A stretch of 37,126 nt of DNA, taken from positions 1-37,126 of the forward strand of contig JANLTL010000348.1 of NCBI GenBank assembly GCA_031362905.1, read 5' to 3'. Shown here piece by piece: positions 32,209-37,126 of this stretch. The notes below the pieces were generated by a model that was not told the origin of the DNA, searched no databases, and was given only the letters and a program-made list of their open reading frames with translations. The stretch comes from Burkholderiales bacterium (GTDB lineage: Bacteria > Pseudomonadota > Gammaproteobacteria > Burkholderiales > JAEUOS01). The position numbers were made by a program, and so were the translations under genes. Each line of letters begins with the position of its first letter. Positions within the stretch are counted from its first letter, which is position 1.

Positions 32209-32805
32209 TCAATGTAAATGCCGCTTGCCGCCGCTCTTGCCGCCACCATGCCCGCCGCCGGCACCGAAATCAACCTTCGCGAGCTTTTGCCCCTGGGTGA
32301 TCGAGACCAGGCGCCGCGCGAACAAGCGATTGACCGCATCCACCACTTCGCTCATCTCGCCTTTGTCGAAGTGACGCTCGAGCAGGCGCGTGAGGTCTTC
32401 CTGCATGTACTGACGCTGGGTTTCGTGGATCGCTTCGGGGCTGGGGCCGACGAAGATCAAGCCAAAAGTGTCCTGCCCGTCATCGTCGTCGTTGTCAAAA
32501 AAACTGACCTCAATGCCGGCGCCTTCGGATGACAGATCGCAGACCGCGCCGCAGGCTTCGTCCAGAGAGTTCTGAAAGTCTTCGTTGCCCTCAACCGTCC
32601 AGCACAGCGCAAGTACGCGCTTTTGCGCGTCATATTCAATGCCGGGCTCTTCATCAAATAGACTCGACGCATCCTTGAGCGACTTCGCGCCGGCGTATTT
32701 CCACAGTGGCTTCAGCGCTTCTTCAATCTGCGCGATGGTGACACCGGGGCGGATCGGGATGTCGCCGTGGATGTGGATTTCATACTGCGCTTCATAATTT
32801 GCCAT
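32209..32805 (-). CDS. uncharacterised acidic cytoplasmic protein with Gly/Lys/His-rich C-terminal tail
   Basis: 198-aa ORF with no signal peptide or TM segment. It has an acidic run (FFDNDDDDGQD) and the tail GAGGGHGGGKSGGKRHLH. It is tightly packed between the CoA-transferase gene (9-nt gap) and the Bug gene (10-nt gap). Confidence 0.6.
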   Translation of the reverse strand: MANYEAQYEIHIHGDIPIRPGVTIAQIEEALKPLWKYAGAKSLKDASSLFDEEPGIEYDAQKRVLALCWTVEGNEDFQNSLDEACGAVCDLSSEGAGIEVSFFDNDDDDGQDTFGLIFVGPSPEAIHETQRQYMQEDLTRLLERHFDKGEMSEVVDAVNRLFARRLVSITQGQKLAKVDFGAGGGHGGGKSGGKRHLH

Positions 32806-32814
32806 GGGCTGACC

Positions 32815-34053
32815 TCACAAAATTCCTTGACTCGCCAACTGCTCAATCTGCGCTGCGCTGTAGCCGAGTTTGCCGAGCACGTCGCGGGTATGCTGGCCGA
32901 GCAGCGGCGGGGGCATATGGTATTCCAGTTGTGTTGCCGAGTACTGAATCGGATTGCGCACCATCGGCACGCTGCCCGCAGTGGAGTGTGGCAAATCGAA
33001 GCGCATCTTGCGCGCGACGACCTGCTCGTTTTCGAACGTGTCTTTGAGTGTATTGATCGGGCCGCAGGGGACATTGGCGGCCTCGAGTTCGCTGATCCAC
33101 GCGCTCTTGGTTTTCTTTTTCACCATCGCAGCGAGCAGCGGAATGAGCGCGTCACGGTTGCGCACGCGCTGCGGGTTGACGGAAAAGCGCGCGTCGGTGG
33201 CCAGCTCGGGCTGCCCGCCAACCGCGCATAAGCGCTGGTATTGGCCGTCGTTGCCGGCCGCGATGATGACGTGGCCATCGGCACACTCGAACACCTGGTA
33301 GGGCACCAGGTTCTGGTGCGCATTGCCGGCGCGCACCGGCGCGGTGCCCGAGGTCAGGTAATTCATGTTCATGTTGGCGAGCATCGCCACCTGCACGTCA
33401 AGCAGGGCCATGTCGATCGACTGGCCTTCGCCGGTTTTTTCGCGGTGTGCGAGCGCGGCAAGGACGGCCACCGTCGAATACATGCCGGTCATCAGGTCGG
33501 CCACTGCGATGCCTACTTTTTGCGGGCCGCCACCGGGCAGGTCATCGCGCTCGCCGGTGATGCTCATCAGGCCACCCATGCCCTGGATGATGTAGTCGTA
33601 ACCGGGGCGGTGCGCGTAGGGGCCGGTCTGGCCAAAGCCGGTGATCGAGCAGTAAATGATTTTGGGGTTGACCGCTTTGAGGCCGGCGTAATCGAGGCCG
33701 TATTTTTTCAGCTGCCCGACCTTGTAGTTCTCGAGCACGACGTCCGATTGCGCAGTGAGCTTCTTGACGATCTCCTGCCCGGCCGGCGACGCAATATCAA
33801 GCGTGATCGATTGCTTGCCGCGGTTGGCGCTGAGGTAATACGCGGCTTCGGTGGCGTCGCGACCCTGTGCATCCTTCAGGTAAGGCGGCCCCCAGGTACG
33901 GGTGTCGTCACCGCCGCCTTTGCCCGCAGCGTCGTTGGGGCGCTCGACCTTGATGACCTCGGCACCGAGGTCGGCCAGTTGCTGGCCGCACCAGGGGCCG
34001 GCAAGCACACGCGACAGGTCAAGGACTTTGATGTGGGAAAGAGGGCCGGGCAT
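32815..34053 (-). CDS. family III CoA-transferase (CaiB/BaiF/Frc type)
   Basis: 412-aa ORF. The N-terminal PLSHIKVLDLSRVLAGPWCGQQLADLGAEVIKVERP and the central YLSANRGKQSITLD and GYDYIIQGMGGLMSITG strings are typical of the family. Confidence 0.9.
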   Translation of the reverse strand: MPGPLSHIKVLDLSRVLAGPWCGQQLADLGAEVIKVERPNDAAGKGGGDDTRTWGPPYLKDAQGRDATEAAYYLSANRGKQSITLDIASPAGQEIVKKLTAQSDVVLENYKVGQLKKYGLDYAGLKAVNPKIIYCSITGFGQTGPYAHRPGYDYIIQGMGGLMSITGERDDLPGGGPQKVGIAVADLMTGMYSTVAVLAALAHREKTGEGQSIDMALLDVQVAMLANMNMNYLTSGTAPVRAGNAHQNLVPYQVFECADGHVIIAAGNDGQYQRLCAVGGQPELATDARFSVNPQRVRNRDALIPLLAAMVKKKTKSAWISELEAANVPCGPINTLKDTFENEQVVARKMRFDLPHSTAGSVPMVRNPIQYSATQLEYHMPPPLLGQHTRDVLGKLGYSAAQIEQLASQGIL

Positions 34054-34213
34054 GAGAGAGGGTGGGAGTAGAGCGCTTCAGGGCAAGCGGCCCGAAGCGG
34101 CGGGAAAGACCGGGGCGGTAAACAAAGAGCCGCGCCTGCGCTAGGATCAGGCCACAGCGAGTCCGCCTCAGGAGCGCAGCAACATTGCCATGAAAACGTC
34201 ATTTTAGCCCGGC

Positions 34214-34219
34214 TATAAT
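34214..34219 (+). promoter_or_regulatory. candidate -10 hexamer (TATAAT) upstream of ugpB
   Basis: Exact TATAAT 58 nt upstream of ATG 34278. The best -35-like hexamer, TTGCCA (34185-34190), is spaced too far away at 23 nt. Confidence 0.3.
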
Positions 34220-34277
34220 CGCGCGCCCTGCATAAAAATATTCGTCGCTGCGCACGCGACTTTCTGAGGACAGAGAC

Positions 34278-35600
34278 ATGAATGGCTCGATGAAGGCCGC
34301 ACTGGCGGCAATGGCGATCACGCTGGGTGCCGCCAGCGCCAACGCACTCGCCGTGGTGGAGGTGCAGTTCTGGCACGCGATGTCTGGCGCGCTCGGAGAC
34401 CGCGTCAATGATCTGGCTACCCGCTTTAACGCCGGGCAAAAAGAGGTCAAGGTCGTGCCCGTGTTCAAAGGCTCCTACGACGAAACGCTGGCTGCCGGCA
34501 TCGCCGCGTTCCGCGCCAAGAGCCCGCCGCATATTTTGCAGGTGTATGAAGTCGGCACCGCGACCATGATGGCCTCCAGGAGTGCGATCAAGCCGGTCTA
34601 TGAAGTGATGAGCCAGGCCGACAAGAAGTGGGATCCGGCGCAGTACATCCCCGCGGTCACCAGCTACTACACCGACCGCAACGGCAAGATGCTGTCGTTT
34701 CCTTTCAACAGCTCAACTCCCGTCTTCTTCTACAACAAGGATGTGTTCAAAAAGGCCGGCATCACCGCGCCACCCAAGACCTGGCGCGATGTGCAGGAGG
34801 CTGCGGTGAAGTCGATTGCCGCCGGCAGCGTCTGTGGCTTCACCACCGGCTGGCAGTCGTGGGTGCAGTTGGAGACCATGAGTGCCTGGCACAACGCCGA
34901 ATTCGCCACCAAGTCCAACGGCTTTGACGGGTTCGACGCAGATCTGAACTTCAACACCATCATGGCGGTGCGCCACATTTCACTGCTCTCGGCGTGGGCC
35001 AAAGCCGGCCTGTTTACCTATGCCGGACGGCGCAATGAACCCGAGGCAAAGTTTTTCAATGGCGAATGCGCAATGCTCACGTCATCGTCCGCCGCCTACG
35101 CCAACATCAAGAAAAATGCGAAGTTCGACTTCGGCGTCGCCAAGCTGCCCTACTACGAAGAAGAGCCGGCTGCGCCCTACAACACCATCATCGGCGGCGC
35201 ATCGCTGTGGGTGATGGCGGGCAAGAAGGCGCCCGAGTACAAGGGCGTGGCTGCCTTCTTCGACTTCCTCTCGTCGCCGGTGATAGCAGCCGAGTGGCAT
35301 CAGCAGACCGGCTACCTTCCTCTCACCACTGCGGCCTATACCGCAACGCAAAAGAGCGGCTTTTATGACCAGAACCCCGGCACCGACATCTCGGTGCAGC
35401 AGATGACCGGCAACAAACCGACCAAGGTTTCCAAGGGCATTCGACTGGGCAACTTTGTGCAGATTCGCGCCATCATCGACGAAGAGCTGGAGTCGGTGTG
35501 GGCCGGCAAGAAAGCCCCCAAGCTCGCGCTTGATGATGCGGTCAAACGCGGCAACGAACAACTGCGCCGCTTCCAGGAAGCGAACAAGGGTGCGAAGTAG
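34278..35600 (+). CDS. ugpB: sn-glycerol-3-phosphate ABC transporter substrate-binding protein
   Basis: 440-aa ORF collinear with E. coli UgpB as I remember it. Shared strings are FWHAMSG.LG, RFNA, YKGSYDETLAAGIAAFR, ILQVYEVGTATMMAS, FNSSTPVFFYNKD.FKKAG, IIGGASLWVM, AEWHQQTGYLP and IRAIIDEELESVW.GKK. Confidence 0.92.
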   Translation: MNGSMKAALAAMAITLGAASANALAVVEVQFWHAMSGALGDRVNDLATRFNAGQKEVKVVPVFKGSYDETLAAGIAAFRAKSPPHILQVYEVGTATMMASRSAIKPVYEVMSQADKKWDPAQYIPAVTSYYTDRNGKMLSFPFNSSTPVFFYNKDVFKKAGITAPPKTWRDVQEAAVKSIAAGSVCGFTTGWQSWVQLETMSAWHNAEFATKSNGFDGFDADLNFNTIMAVRHISLLSAWAKAGLFTYAGRRNEPEAKFFNGECAMLTSSSAAYANIKKNAKFDFGVAKLPYYEEEPAAPYNTIIGGASLWVMAGKKAPEYKGVAAFFDFLSSPVIAAEWHQQTGYLPLTTAAYTATQKSGFYDQNPGTDISVQQMTGNKPTKVSKGIRLGNFVQIRAIIDEELESVWAGKKAPKLALDDAVKRGNEQLRRFQEANKGAK

Positions 35601-35658
35601 GGCGCGCCACATTGCCGGCGCTGTGCCGGCTGTGCCTCGCCACCCGTGCAGTGCAAAG

Positions 35659-35693
35659 CGCCACCCGCCAGGTCAACCCGGGGTGGCGTTTTT
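35659..35693 (+). terminator. rho-independent terminator after ugpB
   Basis: CGCCACCC (35659-35666) pairs with GGGTGGCG (35681-35688) across a 14-nt loop, followed by TTTTT (35689-35693). Confidence 0.7.
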
Positions 35694-35721
35694 GCTGGGC
35701 GCAGCGGTTGCGTGCGCAGGC

Positions 35722-36435
35722 ATGTGTCTGCCAACCGGCAGTCTGGGATCGGCTCCCACCAACGGTTTCACGCATATAGCCATTGATGCCGGGCATAGCA
35801 TCAAGACCCAGGGCGCGATCTCGGCGCGCGGCGTCGCCGAGTTTGAATTCAATCGCGCGCTCGCGCTGGCCATTGATGCAGCTCTCACGCGAGATACCGC
35901 GCCTGGCCAGACCAGCATGCGCACCACGCTGATCGCGGTGGACGGTCTCACGACGGATCTTGCCTCACGTCCGCGCAAGGCCAAAGAGGCGGGCGCGCAA
36001 CTTTTCGTTTCGGTGCATCACGACTCTGCCAAGCTGCGCTTTCACCAGCCGGGGATGTTTGAAGGCAAGCCGCGCACCTTTCTCGACGAGCGCTTTCGCG
36101 GCTTCTCGCTATTCGTCTCGCGCAATAACCCGCAATGGCCGCTGGCCCTGAAATGCGCGTCCGCCATCGGCGCGCAGTTGATCGCGGCGGGCTTCAAGCC
36201 ATCGCGTTATCACGCCGACCCGGTGCTCGGCAGCGGCCGCGAGTTTGCGGATGAAGTCAATGGCGTGCACTTCTTTGACAACCTCGCCGTGCTACGTACC
36301 GCTACCATTCCCGCGCTGCTGATGGAGGCAGGTGTGATCGTCAATCGTGATGAAGAGGCGCTGCTCGCGCAGCCAGCGACGCAACAGAGAATTGCAGGTG
36401 CGTTAGTGGCCGGGGTGACCGCTTGCGGTGGATAG
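35722..36435 (+). CDS. N-acetylmuramoyl-L-alanine amidase (Amidase_3 family)
   Basis: HIAIDAGHS, LFVSVHHDS, GFSLFVS and LLMEAGVIVNRDEE match the Zn-amidase family. The track ORF begins at 35455 inside ugpB. ATG 35722 is the first ATG after the ugpB terminator. An in-frame GTG at 35683 lies inside the terminator stem. The start is uncertain and no clear signal peptide results. Confidence 0.75.
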   Translation: MCLPTGSLGSAPTNGFTHIAIDAGHSIKTQGAISARGVAEFEFNRALALAIDAALTRDTAPGQTSMRTTLIAVDGLTTDLASRPRKAKEAGAQLFVSVHHDSAKLRFHQPGMFEGKPRTFLDERFRGFSLFVSRNNPQWPLALKCASAIGAQLIAAGFKPSRYHADPVLGSGREFADEVNGVHFFDNLAVLRTATIPALLMEAGVIVNRDEEALLAQPATQQRIAGALVAGVTACGG

Positions 36436-36477
36436 ATGATCAAAGAGTGGCAAATGCGGGAGCAAGGAATATAAAAA

Positions 36478-36515
36478 TTGTATATCATTGAGTTAATTTA
36501 CTCAATGATATACAA
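36478..36515. repeat. perfect 16-bp inverted repeat, 6-nt spacer, abutting the downstream start codon
   Basis: TTGTATATCATTGAGT (36478-36493), TAATTT, then ACTCAATGATATACAA (36500-36515), immediately followed by ATG 36516. It is embedded in an AT-rich patch (about 36436-36530) that contrasts with the GC-rich flank. Confidence 0.85.
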
Positions 36516-37126
36516 ATGAAATTTTCCCGCTTACAACTCAATATCTTAGCGGCGCGGCTCGACGATCTGCCACGCCACATCCAAATTCTCGCAGGCCCGC
36601 GTCAAGTCGGCAAGACAACCCTGATTCTTCAGCTATTGGGCCATCGGGCGCCCGGCACGTATACGCGGGTCGCTACCGATGAACCCGTTTCAGATGCCAG
36701 CAATCAGTCAGCCTCTGAACATGAAACAATCTTGCCCGAGACGCCACGCAACGAAGCCTGGCTGATTCAAATGTGGGAACGATCACGTGTGGCAGCCAGG
36801 CGCCACGAAGGCCATTACCTGCTGGTGATTGACGAGATTCAAAAAATTCCGCGTTGGTCAGAGTTGGTGAAAGGTTTGTGGGATGCTGACCGTGCCAGCG
36901 GCTTGGGCATGCATGTCGTGTTGCTCGGCTCGTCCCCATTGCTGATGCAAAAAGGCCTGACGGAAAGCCTCGCAGGCCGCTACGAATTGATCCCCATGCA
37001 GCACTGGTCACTCGCCGAAATGCAGGACGCGTTTGGCTATTCGATTGAGGAGTATCTCTACTTCGGCGGCTACCCGGGCGGCGCGCCGTTCATCAAGGAC
37101 GAGGAGCGATGGAGACGCTATATCCT
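36516..37126 (+). CDS. P-loop ATPase, COG1373-like (AAA_14 N-domain; partial, continues beyond window)
   Basis: This gene is not in the ORF track because no stop is reached. My manual translation is MKFSRLQLNILAARLDDLPRHIQILAGPRQVGKTTLILQLL...YLLVIDEIQKIPRWSELVKGLWD...VVLLGSSPLLMQKGLTESLAGRYELI. It has Walker A GPRQVGKTT and Walker B LLVIDEIQ. The G+C content is visibly lower than in neighbouring genes. Confidence 0.75.
   Translation, partial: MKFSRLQLNILAARLDDLPRHIQILAGPRQVGKTTLILQLLGHRAPGTYTRVATDEPVSDASNQSASEHETILPETPRNEAWLIQMWERSRVAARRHEGHYLLVIDEIQKIPRWSELVKGLWDADRASGLGMHVVLLGSSPLLMQKGLTESLAGRYELIPMQHWSLAEMQDAFGYSIEEYLYFGGYPGGAPFIKDEERWRRYI

Noticed and set aside
34185-34260. Possible Pho box upstream of ugpB (CTGCATAAAAATATTCGTC and CGTCATTTTAG).
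   Set aside because: It matches only half of the CTGTCATA-type repeat. The better copy lies downstream of the candidate -10 hexamer, and no 11-nt-spaced second repeat is present.
36478-36515. The 16-bp palindrome considered as the transcription terminator of the amidase gene.
   Set aside because: The stem is AT-rich, and the next bases are ATGAAATTTTCC, so the T-run is not adjacent. It abuts the next gene's start codon, so an operator or translational role fits better.

Overview
High-GC (roughly two-thirds G+C by eye) chromosomal segment with the gene content and synteny of a betaproteobacterium, order Burkholderiales, possibly Comamonadaceae-like. The taxon guess rests on two 'Bug' TctC-type binding proteins, the def-fmt-rsmB-DUF4390-ntrY-ntrX block and the divergent lysM-dprA-smg-topB block. 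All family calls come from motif recognition by eye, and hairpin coordinates were counted by hand.

Layout:
- 102-10578: sugar-acid (hexuronate/aldarate) locus. It holds a mannitol-dehydrogenase-family reductase, a GarD/UxaA-type dehydratase, a TRAP transporter (dctPQM), an SDR, a cupin, uronate dehydrogenase (udh), a divergent FadR-type GntR regulator and a Gfo/Idh/MocA oxidoreductase.
- 10703-13052: rhodanese, a Bcr/CflA MFS pump and a small DUF3567-like protein.
- 13340-19945, minus strand: the housekeeping operon def-fmt-rsmB-DUF4390-ntrY-ntrX.
- 20357-26186, plus strand: lysM-dprA-smg-topB.
- 26276-36435: miscellaneous metabolic and transport genes. These are two Bug binding proteins, two translationally coupled alpha/beta hydrolases, a lipoprotein, an MFS transporter, a family III CoA-transferase with an uncharacterised acidic protein, an orphan ugpB and an Amidase_3 enzyme.
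- 36436-37126: an abrupt AT-rich junction with a perfect 16-bp inverted repeat abutting the start codon of a visibly lower-GC P-loop ATPase (COG1373 type) that is cut by the window end.

I recognise no rRNA, tRNA, CRISPR array, transposase or integrase. I do not see a complete, convincing novel multi-gene system. Most of the window looks like ordinary core genome.

The observations most worth a second look are:
1. An in-frame TAG that splits rsmB just upstream of its catalytic motif VI.
2. The AT-rich junction and palindrome at the right edge, a possible island boundary.
3. A 366-nt leader upstream of topB with interleaved complementary segments.
4. The mixed enzyme content of the sugar-acid locus.
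5. The uncharacterised proteins embedded in the CoA-transferase/Bug and hydrolase operons.
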